DNA of 64,000 nt from a virus, in IMG/VR virus record IMGVR_UViG_3300037104_000796, positions 98,359 to 162,358 of that record; one strand, written 5' to 3'. Numbering within the stretch: the first letter of the stretch is position 1; every line of letters begins with the position of its first letter. Below the pieces are notes generated by a model. The model ran no database searches. It saw only the letters and a list, made by a program, of their open reading frames with translations, and was not told the DNA's origin. Shown here piece by piece: positions 38,715 to 48,090 of this stretch. Both the position numbers and the translations under genes were made by a program.

Positions 38715-39916
38715 AACGTTTCTAAATATTTTAATGTTTCATTTTTATTCTTCCAATCAAATTTATTCATCAATGCGTCTTTATACATCATACTCATAAT
38801 GTTTCCAACTTCTTCATTCTTAACACCAAATTTGTCCATGATATCATTACCATTAACCGGGATATCACCTAATTTCATTGGTATTTTTCCTGCTTTCATT
38901 TCCTTAATAACTTTCCAAGCTGTTTCAGGCATAACTAATGCATCTTTAAGTGAAGGAGCGGTTCTTAACATCTGGAACACATTCCATTTCGTTTCTGCTT
39001 CAGATTTTTTCATACCTGGCGCAAAATCAATGAATTTGCCAAAATAAGCTTCCAAAGTTTGTAATGCTTTAATTATAACAAATTCACCTTTAAGTCTTTG
39101 TTTGTAAAACTGTGAAGGCGTTACTCCACCAAGAACTCCAAGTATGTAGTAGAAAGAAACTTCATCTAATCCTTCAAAATCTGAAAAATCAGTGTTTATG
39201 AATTTTTTTCCAAACAAAGCTTTATCCATATCACTTTTGTGCATACATTCAAACGCAATCTTTGTGCTTCCGTTTTTATGAAGTATTTTTTGAAATTCTT
39301 CAAGTATACGTTCTCCAGATATTTCTTTAAGCAAATTAGCATTTTTCTTCATTAACTGAAGTGTATTTGGCTCAATATCAAAACGGAATCTTGCTGTAAA
39401 CTGTATAGCACGAACCATACGAAGTGCATCTTCAACAAATGCATTCTTATCAGTTGCTCTAAGTATTTTAGCTTGTAAATCTTTACGACCATTAAATGGG
39501 TCAAGGATTTCATTTGTTTTAACGTTAACAGCTATTGAGTTAACTGTAAAATCTCTACGTTTCAAGTCATCAACTATAGTAACACCTTCTGTGGAAATTT
39601 CGAATCCTTTGTGTCCTGTACCTATTTTTCTATCTACTCTTGGAACTGCAATATCAAAATCTTCTCCTGCGTGATATGTAGGACGAAATTTAATTACAGA
39701 AAATGATTGACCAACAATACTTGTTTTTCCGTAATGTCTTAACAATTCTTTAATATCATCTATTCCTAAGCCGGTAACAACAATATCTATATCCTTAGGA
39801 GATTTATTCATGAATGCATCACGAACACAACCTCCAACAATATATACATTACCTTTTCTTAAAAGAATTTTGATCCAATCTTGAGAACGAAGATCATTTA
39901 TGAGATTTTTTACCAT
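38711..39916 (-). CDS. cca: tRNA nucleotidyltransferase (CCA-adding enzyme family)
   Basis: VGGCVRD..DIDI, DLKRRDFTVN, EDALRMVRA and ISGERI motifs. Confidence 0.9.
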   Translation of the reverse strand: MVKNLINDLRSQDWIKILLRKGNVYIVGGCVRDAFMNKSPKDIDIVVTGLGIDDIKELLRHYGKTSIVGQSFSVIKFRPTYHAGEDFDIAVPRVDRKIGTGHKGFEISTEGVTIVDDLKRRDFTVNSIAVNVKTNEILDPFNGRKDLQAKILRATDKNAFVEDALRMVRAIQFTARFRFDIEPNTLQLMKKNANLLKEISGERILEEFQKILHKNGSTKIAFECMHKSDMDKALFGKKFINTDFSDFEGLDEVSFYYILGVLGGVTPSQFYKQRLKGEFVIIKALQTLEAYFGKFIDFAPGMKKSEAETKWNVFQMLRTAPSLKDALVMPETAWKVIKEMKAGKIPMKLGDIPVNGNDIMDKFGVKNEEVGNIMSMMYKDALMNKFDWKNKNETLKYLETL

Positions 39917-39942
39917 TAAGTCTTTTGTTTATTTATCTTTAT

Positions 39943-39987
39943 CTAATATAACAAAAAAATCCGACAAATAAAAATATTTGACGGATT
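39943..39987 (-). promoter_or_regulatory. Early-type promoter in a palindrome, with a tandem GATAAATA late-type box at 39930
   Basis: ctaatataac...aatccgacaaataaaaatatttgacggatt. Confidence 0.7.
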
Positions 39988-40013
39988 ATTTTTGAGGGGT
40001 TTGTTTGGGGTGT

Positions 40014-40319
40014 TTATTCGTCTGATCTTGGAGGAAATAAGTAATGTTCCTTCTTAATTAAGTTTCTATTGGTTACTTTAACCAATATGTATATTTCATT
40101 TTCATTCATTTCAACTATTTTTCCTTGAGCACCATACTCAGAAGCAATTCGTACTTCGTCTCCAGATTTTACTGATTTACGAAATTTCTTTATCTTTAGA
40201 GAGGTTGAAATGTTTTGCCATACGATAAAGCCTATGCCTATCACACATATTGCGATTAATACCCACATTAAAATAGCAATAGTTTCAGGTGTTTGATTTT
40301 TTAAAAATTTTTCTATCAT
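40014..40319 (-). CDS. Membrane protein, YajC-like architecture
   Basis: N-terminal TM then SVKSGDEV...GAQGKIVE. Confidence 0.5.
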   Translation of the reverse strand: MIEKFLKNQTPETIAILMWVLIAICVIGIGFIVWQNISTSLKIKKFRKSVKSGDEVRIASEYGAQGKIVEMNENEIYILVKVTNRNLIKKEHYLFPPRSDE

Positions 40320-40327
40320 GATTTTTA

Positions 40328-40909
40328 TTATTTGATTATGTGTATTTTGTGTACTAAATAAGATGAACCAATTCCAATTAATGCTCCTCCAATAACATCA
40401 GAAGGGTAGTGTGCTCCAAGTTCCATTCGTGAATAACCTACACTTCCGGCCCAAATATAAGCTGGTGCGGCAACATACCATTTAGGATATTGCATACTAA
40501 GTGAAGTTGCTAATGAAAATGCGATTGAAGTATGTCCGGAAGGAAATGAAGGGTCTTTAATAGATTTATATGTATGATTAACAATAATTCCGGGATATTT
40601 ATTGAAAGGTCTTTCTCTTTTAACAGTATATTTTAATCCCATTGTAAATCCTGTTGTAATTGCTACTCCAGCAAATGCTTCGCATCCATTACGAGTTAAG
40701 GTTCTATTTTTAGCTATTAAACCGGCTAAAGCCATTCCAGCAGGAACTCCAAAAGATATAATTGCATCAGAATTTGAGATAAATCTAAAAAAATGATCCT
40801 GATATCTCGGTTGAGTGGAATTAATGTGCTTTAAAATATTCACATCAATATTTTGAGAAAACAAGGATATTGGGACTAATAAAAAAAGCAATATAATAAA
40901 TTTTTTCAT
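40328..40909 (-). CDS. PAP2 family phosphatase
   Basis: KxxxxRERP, PSFPSGHT and SRMELGAHYPSD motifs. Confidence 0.92.
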   Translation of the reverse strand: MKKFIILLFLLVPISLFSQNIDVNILKHINSTQPRYQDHFFRFISNSDAIISFGVPAGMALAGLIAKNRTLTRNGCEAFAGVAITTGFTMGLKYTVKRERPFNKYPGIIVNHTYKSIKDPSFPSGHTSIAFSLATSLSMQYPKWYVAAPAYIWAGSVGYSRMELGAHYPSDVIGGALIGIGSSYLVHKIHIIK

Positions 40910-40917
40910 CTTCGAAT

Positions 40918-41385
40918 TTAATATTTAGTTGTCCACTTTGGATCGGGTAAGTAGTTATTTTTCTCGCACGATAATAAATAAGTGTATAATTGTTCCCATT
41001 CTACTTCAGGATTAAATCCGGCTTTATCATCAAGCATTATGTTACAATAAAATTTCTTTTCATAAAATCCGAAATTTCCATTTTTGGAACTTATTCCAGG
41101 ATTTTCATTAACTCCATCAAAAAATATTTCATCTTCTTTGAATTTTTCCACGTATTCTTCAATCTCATGTGGAAATGACGAAGTCCAAAGAATCATTTTT
41201 ATGTCAGGTCTTTTTGTTAAAAGTTGAAGAGTTTTCTTGGCATAAGGATAATATTCTGCAGGCCAGGAAACATCTTTATAATTTGGCTTTACGATTGTTC
41301 CGTGTAGATCAATTGCCCAATACGTTTCATACCATTCCTTTTTAAAGGAGTTTGCAAACATTTTTTGTATGTAATCTATCATCAT
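40918..41385 (-). CDS. HAD-superfamily hydrolase-like protein
   Basis: AIDLHGTIV, ILWTS, VNENP and LDDKAG motifs. Confidence 0.75.
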   Translation of the reverse strand: MMIDYIQKMFANSFKKEWYETYWAIDLHGTIVKPNYKDVSWPAEYYPYAKKTLQLLTKRPDIKMILWTSSFPHEIEEYVEKFKEDEIFFDGVNENPGISSKNGNFGFYEKKFYCNIMLDDKAGFNPEVEWEQLYTYLLSCEKNNYLPDPKWTTKY

Positions 41386-41401
41386 ACTAATGATGCGGGT
41401 A

Positions 41402-41641
41402 TTAAAAGATTATGAGTAAACAAGCAAGTAATGTGCTAAAAATAACTATATGTTCAAATATAGCTGCAAACAATAAAATTATTTGTACTTTAGGTTTTCT
41501 TGTCGAATAAAGCATCTCCATAGCATCAATTACCTTTTGATCTTTCTTTTGAATTCGTATAAAACTTATTGTCCAAGAACCAATTTTCCACGCATAAATT
41601 ATGAGTGAAAAGATTAAGCCAATTAATAAGAGGGTCTTCAT
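41402..41641 (-). CDS. Two-TM membrane protein
   Basis: Hydrophobic termini. Confidence 0.6.
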   Translation of the reverse strand: MKTLLLIGLIFSLIIYAWKIGSWTISFIRIQKKDQKVIDAMEMLYSTRKPKVQIILLFAAIFEHIVIFSTLLACLLIIF

Positions 41642-41814
41642 ATTTTTGTAATTATCTGTAATGCAAGTGCGTGATGCTTTTCAGGAATTTTACTGAAATC
41701 GTATACACAATCATAAGGAATATTCATAAATCCGACAATATTATGTTGTCTTCGAATTGTAACAGTTTGATTTGATATAATTGTCAATTTTTCGGATGAG
41801 TCTAAAGTTATCAT
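41638..41814 (-). CDS. 58-aa hypothetical protein
   Basis: Manual translation MITLDSSEK...LQIITKI; ATGA overlap with the next gene. Confidence 0.5.
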   Translation of the reverse strand: MITLDSSEKLTIISNQTVTIRRQHNIVGFMNIPYDCVYDFSKIPEKHHALALQIITKI

Positions 41815-41817
41815 ATT

Positions 41818-42600
41818 TTAGTTTTTATATGTTCCGTAAGTTACAATTTTTACTCCTTTTTTCTCTGCAGCTTTCATTTTACTGGAGGTTGAATTCAAAT
41901 CATCAGTTATAAGGAAGTTACAATTTTTGTCTGTAACTGATACTTCAACCAAGTTTGGGAATTTTGTTATGAACTCCTCTTTTGTTTTGAATCCGAATGC
42001 TTTGGGTGAGCCAGTCATACAAACGTATATAGTTCCGGCTACTTCCTTTTTATCTTCGGGTTTATCAATCGTTATACCGAGTGATTCGAGTTCACTTACA
42101 AAATATTTGATATTTGATACTATTTCAGGTTCCTGAAGTTTTCTTACAAGTGCTTTTTCAATAGAAGCATAATCAGGAGTTAATCCACAATACTCTCTAG
42201 CTGCTTGTTCAGAAACTTTTCTTCCAATACCATCATATCCTTGAATAAGAATAACCTGAGAATATTTAAGAGATTTGATATTTTTGAAAGCATTTACGAA
42301 AATTTCTTCTGAACGTGAACCCATTGGGATTCCGTATTTCAACATGTTGATGTTATTCTGATTCTTAAGAACCCAAACCATAAGATCGTACATGTTATAA
42401 AAATCCTGAGCAAATGGTTCAATTGTTTTTCCACCAATTCCTTTAAGATCGAGTACTCCAACTGCAGCTCCTAATTTACGAGCGATTCTTCCTTCACAAT
42501 TTTTATTGTTACACATAAGGTGTATGCCATCAAATGTAAGAGGTTCTCCACATGCAGGACATACTGAAGGCATATATTTTTGTAATTCTTTATCTATCAT
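41818..42600 (-). CDS. ligA: NAD-dependent DNA ligase, C-terminal part (Zn finger, HhH, BRCT)
   Basis: MPSVCPACG...CNNKNC, LKGIGGK, GIGRK; BRCT VCMTG...FLITD..SSKMKAA. Confidence 0.88.
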   Translation of the reverse strand: MIDKELQKYMPSVCPACGEPLTFDGIHLMCNNKNCEGRIARKLGAAVGVLDLKGIGGKTIEPFAQDFYNMYDLMVWVLKNQNNINMLKYGIPMGSRSEEIFVNAFKNIKSLKYSQVILIQGYDGIGRKVSEQAAREYCGLTPDYASIEKALVRKLQEPEIVSNIKYFVSELESLGITIDKPEDKKEVAGTIYVCMTGSPKAFGFKTKEEFITKFPNLVEVSVTDKNCNFLITDDLNSTSSKMKAAEKKGVKIVTYGTYKN

Positions 42601-42623
42601 AATAATTTATTTTAATTGTATAG

Positions 42624-42663
42624 TAAATATAACAATAATTTCTGACACTAAGAAATATTTTGC
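42624..42663 (-). promoter_or_regulatory. Early-type promoter for the ligase C-half
   Basis: taaatataac...tctgacactaagaaatattt. Confidence 0.65.
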
Positions 42664-42666
42664 CAT

Positions 42667-43335
42667 TTATTTTTTAATAATTTTTCCTATTCCCAACTCC
42701 CAGCCATTATCTAAATAATAATTAAGATTTTCTTTTTTAATCATTTTACGTTTTTCATCCGAATGAACCCATATTCGTTCTTTTGTAGCTTTTCCACTAC
42801 ACCAAGATTTTTTTTGTTCTGGCGTAAGCTTATATCCTACATGAGATTTCGAAAGTTGATCTATATGTTCTTTTGAAAATTTTAATCGTCCCAATTTCCA
42901 TCCATTATGTAAAAAATCTTGTAAATTTTCTGGGCAAATCGTTATATTTTTTTCGCCATTATTTATCCATTTACGGAGTTTAGCTTTATTGCTTATTTGT
43001 TTAACTATTTGATTATAATTTGGATGAAAAGTTAGGCCATTATATTGTTTTTCAATATTATAACCACTTTTTATAGAATCATAAAAATCAATATAATAGT
43101 CTTCTCGATCTTTTAATGTTTTTTTATCTGAAGGAAGTACTTCAATTATTTCTTTTTTGAAATTTTCAACACCATATTTTCGAATAGCATTATAAAATTT
43201 TGTTCCACTTCCCAATTTTGCATTTACTATATGTGATCCCCATCTTTTATAAATATTTACACTACAACCTACATATTTTTTATCATTTACGATATTTGTC
43301 CATAAGTAAATTCCTGAAATGATTTCCTTTTTCAT
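42667..43335 (-). CDS. GIY-YIG homing endonuclease splitting ligA
   Basis: SGIYLWTNIVNDKKYVG, GYN. Confidence 0.9.
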   Translation of the reverse strand: MKKEIISGIYLWTNIVNDKKYVGCSVNIYKRWGSHIVNAKLGSGTKFYNAIRKYGVENFKKEIIEVLPSDKKTLKDREDYYIDFYDSIKSGYNIEKQYNGLTFHPNYNQIVKQISNKAKLRKWINNGEKNITICPENLQDFLHNGWKLGRLKFSKEHIDQLSKSHVGYKLTPEQKKSWCSGKATKERIWVHSDEKRKMIKKENLNYYLDNGWELGIGKIIKK

Positions 43336-43380
43336 AACAATTTTAATTTATATATTCTTTTATGAAGCAGGAGATATCAT

Positions 43381-44538
43381 CTATTCAGGGGACAGTGGTG
43401 TAAAAGAAGTGCCATCTAAAGAAATTATTTTTTGTATAGCCGGAATTATATCACCGCGTTTACATATACTAACAAAAGTTCCTTCCGTTATTTTATTTCT
43501 AAGTATATATCCAGCGTTATATCCAGAAGCTCTTTTAACTGAGGTTCCAGCTAACTGTACGGGTTTCAACTTTACAACTGGGGTTAATTCGCCGGTTTTT
43601 CCAAGATTCCATTCAATTCCGATAACTGGAGTGACTGCTTCTTCAGGAACAAATTTGATTGCGATTGCCCATTCGGGATCGTGATCATTTTCACCAAGCT
43701 GTTCTCTGAATTCAACTGGAAGAGCAAAAACGATTCCATCCAACTGGAATTCGAAGTTTTCACGTAAACCTTCCATGTATTTAACTGAAGACATGTAGTC
43801 TTTTACAGTTGCACGTATTTTTGTAGAATGGGTGTGTCCGAAGATAGGATAATCATAGGTAAGTTCATCCAAATAATGAATTTCCTGAGGTTTTCCATTG
43901 ATAAGGAAAAGAAGAGGAACGAGGGTAAGGTCACCAACTTTTTCAACACTGTAATCATCTTTACCAAGAATACCTGCAACGATATTACGAGCGTTTGCAA
44001 ATTCGGCAGCATATTTCTTTTGGAATGTTGATTTAAGCATTACACATTCACAACGTATTTCTATAATTTCTGTAGTATGTTCTGGAATTGGGAAACTTGC
44101 TGGCAAATGTTTTCTGAATCTATCTGAAATGTCTTTTCCAACTTTTCCATCACCTCTTGTAAGAACTGATTCAAGTTTGCCATCACGATAAACTATATTG
44201 ACACTACTACCATCAAATTTGGGTGTATAGTACATGTATTCGAATTTAGCATTAACTGATGCTTCTCTTTTTGAAAGCCAAGTACTGAATTCTGCTTCAC
44301 GGTAGTTTGTAACACCTTTTTCAGATTCAGTTTGGAATTTTGCTAAAGATTTTAAAGGAGTGGGATGTGGAAAGTCAAAATCTTTTCTTTTTGAACCGAC
44401 CTGTTCAATTACCTTTGAACCAGCGTCTTTAAGTTCTTTTTCGATAACATCAAAAGCGGCATCTGACATAATCGGATGACCTTCATAATAGGCAACTTTG
44501 GCCTTAAGATATTGGGTTTCGAGATTCAATATATTCAT
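43381..44538 (-). CDS. ligA: NAD-dependent DNA ligase, N-terminal part (adenylation and OB domains)
   Basis: YYEG.PIMSDAAFD, PKFDG, TRGDG, ANARN, DGIV, WAIAIKF and KRGDIIP motifs. Confidence 0.92.
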   Translation of the reverse strand: MNILNLETQYLKAKVAYYEGHPIMSDAAFDVIEKELKDAGSKVIEQVGSKRKDFDFPHPTPLKSLAKFQTESEKGVTNYREAEFSTWLSKREASVNAKFEYMYYTPKFDGSSVNIVYRDGKLESVLTRGDGKVGKDISDRFRKHLPASFPIPEHTTEIIEIRCECVMLKSTFQKKYAAEFANARNIVAGILGKDDYSVEKVGDLTLVPLLFLINGKPQEIHYLDELTYDYPIFGHTHSTKIRATVKDYMSSVKYMEGLRENFEFQLDGIVFALPVEFREQLGENDHDPEWAIAIKFVPEEAVTPVIGIEWNLGKTGELTPVVKLKPVQLAGTSVKRASGYNAGYILRNKITEGTFVSICKRGDIIPAIQKIISLDGTSFTPLSPE

Positions 44539-44559
44539 ATAATATCTAATTTGATAGTA

Positions 44560-44600
44560 CTAATATAATCAATTTTTCTGACAAATAAAAATTTTTGATG
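44560..44600 (-). promoter_or_regulatory. Early-type promoter for the ligase N-half
   Basis: ctaatataatc...ctgacaaataaaaatttttg. Confidence 0.7.
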
Positions 44601-44602
44601 GA

Positions 44603-45034
44603 TTAATTTTCAAAAATATGCTTTTGTGATAACTCGGGAATAGCTGAAAAGTTCTTTTCATCTTCAAGTTGTTTTTTAGCTTCTTTTTCAAATTTCTTAG
44701 CCATTTCACCCATAACATTCATTAAAGCTGTAAGTGATTCCGTTATAACAGGATCATTAAATATTTCACGTAATTCAATTTGTACACGCATTCTTCCAAT
44801 AAAATAGAGTTCGAGAATAGTTTTATCATATTCTACAATACCCGCGTCTTTTAAAAGGAGTATGATTTTGTTAATTTGAGGATGCGAAAATATCCTGTCA
44901 TCACCGTGTTTAACACCGTATATAATATCATTGGCAAATCTCTTCATTCCTTCAGAAGGTTCTTCTGTGCGAGGAGCTTCTTTGTCAAACCAAAAATTTA
45001 AAAGTTGAATGAAAAGTTCTGTTGACGGTTCCAT
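44603..45034 (-). CDS. Hypothetical protein (likely start MEPSTE)
   Basis: Follows the early-type promoter at 45058. Confidence 0.6.
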   Translation of the reverse strand: MEPSTELFIQLLNFWFDKEAPRTEEPSEGMKRFANDIIYGVKHGDDRIFSHPQINKIILLLKDAGIVEYDKTILELYFIGRMRVQIELREIFNDPVITESLTALMNVMGEMAKKFEKEAKKQLEDEKNFSAIPELSQKHIFEN

Positions 45035-45057
45035 ATTACTTATGTTTAATTGTATAG

Positions 45058-45098
45058 TAAATATAACAAAAATACTTGACAAATAAAAATATTTACGG
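45058..45098 (-). promoter_or_regulatory. Early-type promoter
   Basis: taaatataac...cttgacaaataaaaatattt. Confidence 0.7.
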
Positions 45099-45115
45099 AA
45101 CTATTTAACAGAAAT

Positions 45116-45982
45116 TTAACAAATTATGTCGTTTCCATAACCAGCTTTAAGGTTATGACCATCAAAAACTAACGATTCATGAATATCTGACGGTTTACAG
45201 GTATTTTTGGTGTATACTCGAATAATATTTTCAAATTTCTTAGGGATGTAAAAATAGTTATGGCAAACACACATATCTTTATATTTTAATGTTTTTACCT
45301 GATTAAATCTTTTACTTTGCAAATTCATATCTCTAAAATCAATAAATTGATCAAGACAATATTGATTTATGGGCATAAGAGAAATAAAGCCTACAGAATT
45401 GGCTCCTATTTTTCTGGCCTTTTCTAAATACGCGTACGCGCGGGCCTTGCTGTCAATGTAACCTTTTATTAAATTACAACTTAAATGTATCATATCAGGA
45501 ATCTCTTCATTCCATTTTTTAATCTCATTGGCTGAAATGCTATTAAATCCTAATATTTCGTTGTTGATTTTGTCGATATAATGATGCCTGCTTAATGATA
45601 TGTTGTCCATACGAATATCATCTGTTAAAACTTTGTTAAGGTGATATCCATTTGAGTTTAAAACAAAAAACGAATTAGGACAGATTTGCGCGGCTATGTC
45701 TACTACTTTTCGGAACTTTTTGTAATCAAGTGTAGGTTCTCCACCAGTAAAAGCTATTTTGTTTATTCGAATTTTTTCTTTAAGTCCTTTTAAGACTATA
45801 GCAAACTTGAGTTCGTCAAAAAAGGCTGCATCATTTTGAAATTCACAGAATTTACAACTAGCGTTACAGCCTTTAAATCTTACGTATAAATTTATGTAGG
45901 GTTCTTTTATTTCCTGAGGTTCATTATCATACAACTGACAATAATGAGTTCGTAAAGAAATTTCCTTTCCAAACAGTTCCAT
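45116..45982 (-). CDS. Radical SAM protein
   Basis: CNASCKFC, FTGGEPT, NSNG and SLSRHHY motifs. Confidence 0.9.
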   Translation of the reverse strand: MELFGKEISLRTHYCQLYDNEPQEIKEPYINLYVRFKGCNASCKFCEFQNDAAFFDELKFAIVLKGLKEKIRINKIAFTGGEPTLDYKKFRKVVDIAAQICPNSFFVLNSNGYHLNKVLTDDIRMDNISLSRHHYIDKINNEILGFNSISANEIKKWNEEIPDMIHLSCNLIKGYIDSKARAYAYLEKARKIGANSVGFISLMPINQYCLDQFIDFRDMNLQSKRFNQVKTLKYKDMCVCHNYFYIPKKFENIIRVYTKNTCKPSDIHESLVFDGHNLKAGYGNDIIC

Positions 45983-46000
45983 TAATTTTATTTTTAGAGA

Positions 46001-46357
46001 TTAACAACCCGGTGTTGAATATCCGCCTCCACAACTACCGCTACTACCACGCATATTTTTTCTTGCTTGTGTTGCGCAATTTTCCGGTTCTCCACAGCCT
46101 GAAGCCGGCATAAATGTAGAGTGTGGTCGTTTAAGAGATTTCACAGGCGAAGTTACAGTTTTAGCTCTACTTCCGATAGTTGCTCTTTTAATTTTATTAG
46201 CTCTAACAAAATTCATTACTAAATCAAAATCTACATCACCCTTGCCAAGTAATACGTCAATCTGCGCGAAGAATTTATTTGCTTGTTCTGCTTCATCATA
46301 AGCTTCTTTACAGTAATCCCAAAGATTTTGAAGACTCTTTTTGGTTATTTCTTTCAT
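46001..46357 (-). CDS. Protein with Gly/Ser/Cys-rich C-terminal tail (possible radical SAM substrate)
   Basis: ASGCGEPENC...SSGSCGGGYSTPGC; directly upstream of the radical SAM gene. Confidence 0.55.
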   Translation of the reverse strand: MKEITKKSLQNLWDYCKEAYDEAEQANKFFAQIDVLLGKGDVDFDLVMNFVRANKIKRATIGSRAKTVTSPVKSLKRPHSTFMPASGCGEPENCATQARKNMRGSSGSCGGGYSTPGC

Positions 46358-46393
46358 GATATTTTTTATTTTATTTATTCAGGAAAAATTATG

Positions 46394-47044
46394 TTAATGT
46401 TGAGTTTGTAATTCGTTTATTTGATTCTGTAAATTTGTTAAAATTTTCAAAAGTGATAATCCATTAATTATTACATTGCCATCTGCTTGTATTAAAAATG
46501 AATATTCGTTATAATTTCCTGATGTTATTCCTAAAATTGGGCGGTTTGTTAATTTAGTTCCACCAAAATTTCTTCCATCTAAAATGATCAATGGAATATT
46601 TGAAGAAACATCGTTTCCGGCTACTCCAACGAAATATAGGCCAGCATCCTTTTCATCACTTCCTATTCCTATAATCTCAGGAACAAACCCATGTGTTGTT
46701 CCGTTTCCCATTGAGAATCCATACGAACCATCACCCACATGAAAAGCTGTAATTATTGTATTTGCGGGTACAGCAATATCTACTTTATAATTATGTAATG
46801 GTTGACGTCCTAATCCGATTCTTCCTTTGTCGTAATATATATCTGTACCGATGAACTGATTATTCACCAAAATATTAAGACTGAGATCAATATCTAACCA
46901 TCTTATACTTCCATCAAGTTGTCTTATAAGTGTTTGGGGTTTAAAACCTTGATCATAAACAGGAACAAATTCTTTAAAAGAAAGTATTGAATTATCATTA
47001 TCAACAATAATTTGTGTTAATAAAATATTGTCATTATTGTTCAT
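46394..47044 (-). CDS. Fibre-like structural protein
   Basis: GRIGLG...YKVDI, ADGNV and C-terminal LQNQINEL coiled coil typical of fibre proteins. Confidence 0.45.
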   Translation of the reverse strand: MNNNDNILLTQIIVDNDNSILSFKEFVPVYDQGFKPQTLIRQLDGSIRWLDIDLSLNILVNNQFIGTDIYYDKGRIGLGRQPLHNYKVDIAVPANTIITAFHVGDGSYGFSMGNGTTHGFVPEIIGIGSDEKDAGLYFVGVAGNDVSSNIPLIILDGRNFGGTKLTNRPILGITSGNYNEYSFLIQADGNVIINGLSLLKILTNLQNQINELQTQH

Positions 47045-47834
47045 TTGTTTGTTCATTTGTTTGTTCATTTGGCTGTTCTCCTGTTGAATCGGTCTTTTTA
47101 AGACGAGGTTTCTTTATAGCTTTGGCCCAATCCTTTATTATTTTATTTATGTTGGTGCAAATCTCGTAATCTTCTTTAGTTTGAAATTTATTCAAAATGG
47201 TTTGTAAAAAAAGGTTAACTTTTAACGTTTCAATAATTATTACAGCCTTTTTGTCGGCATATATAGTAAATGGCTCTTTTTCTTGTTTATTTTCGTTAAT
47301 GTAGTTATAAGTTCTTTGACAAAATTTGTAAAATTCGTCATGTGTATAAAATTCTTTTGTTTGATCATCAGGATTATATGTGAACAAAATTCTTTTATCA
47401 TCTGTAGCTCCTAAAGTAACTAACTGAGGAAGATGATCAGCTTTACTTGTATATTCTTCAGAATGACTAAATTCATTCATAATGTTTCCGGCAACATCAT
47501 CAATTACCTTTTTCATCATTACTATAAATTCATCATAACTTTTATACAAAATATTATCAGTAGCATTCCAATTAGGATTAATTTCGGAATCATGGATAAA
47601 CAAGGCATGAGAGAAAACAGATTCTCTGACAATATCCGATACAATTCTATTATATTCTGTTGGATCGCTATTGCCTTCACCAAATATACACCAAGTATTA
47701 ATTAAATTAGGAATACGTACAGTTTTTATTCCTGCGAATTCTGTGAATAACTTCACAAGTTCCTCTTCCGTAAAAACTAATTTAGCGGGTCTATAATCTT
47801 CCGTAATTCCGTTTGAATATAGTAATGCTCCCAT
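47034..47834 (-). CDS. Hypothetical protein
   Basis: 266-aa ORF. Confidence 0.65.
   Translation of the reverse strand: MGALLYSNGITEDYRPAKLVFTEEELVKLFTEFAGIKTVRIPNLINTWCIFGEGNSDPTEYNRIVSDIVRESVFSHALFIHDSEINPNWNATDNILYKSYDEFIVMMKKVIDDVAGNIMNEFSHSEEYTSKADHLPQLVTLGATDDKRILFTYNPDDQTKEFYTHDEFYKFCQRTYNYINENKQEKEPFTIYADKKAVIIIETLKVNLFLQTILNKFQTKEDYEICTNINKIIKDWAKAIKKPRLKKTDSTGEQPNEQTNEQTNEQ
47040..47070. repeat. 12-bp tandem repeat ttcatttgtttg (NEQT repeats)
   Basis: About 2.5 copies at the 47034/46394 gene overlap. Confidence 0.7.
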
Positions 47835-47835
47835 A

Positions 47836-48081
47836 TTATACTTTTTTTGGTAATTGACTTAATTCAAATTTAATATCTGTTATAAGTCTTTCAATTAATT
47901 CTAATTCTGCATCACGATGATATATGTTTTTAAGCGCTTCGCTCCAAACTTGAAATTTTATGCGTAATAAATTTCCGTCATAATAAATAGAACAAGTTCC
48001 CACTCCGATATTACCGGCCATCTCTTTCATTTGAATATCATGACCCGGAAAGGCTTTTTTTAATTTTTTTACTACGTCCAT
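47836..48081 (-). CDS. Hypothetical protein
   Basis: ORF in operon. Confidence 0.6.
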   Translation of the reverse strand: MDVVKKLKKAFPGHDIQMKEMAGNIGVGTCSIYYDGNLLRIKFQVWSEALKNIYHRDAELELIERLITDIKFELSQLPKKV

Positions 48082-48090
48082 ATTTTTCTT

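Noticed and set aside
42600-43381. Group I intron interrupting ligA
   Set aside because: The flanking non-coding spacers are under 70 nt, one is occupied by a promoter motif, and both halves have their own start and stop. A covariance search would be needed to exclude it fully.
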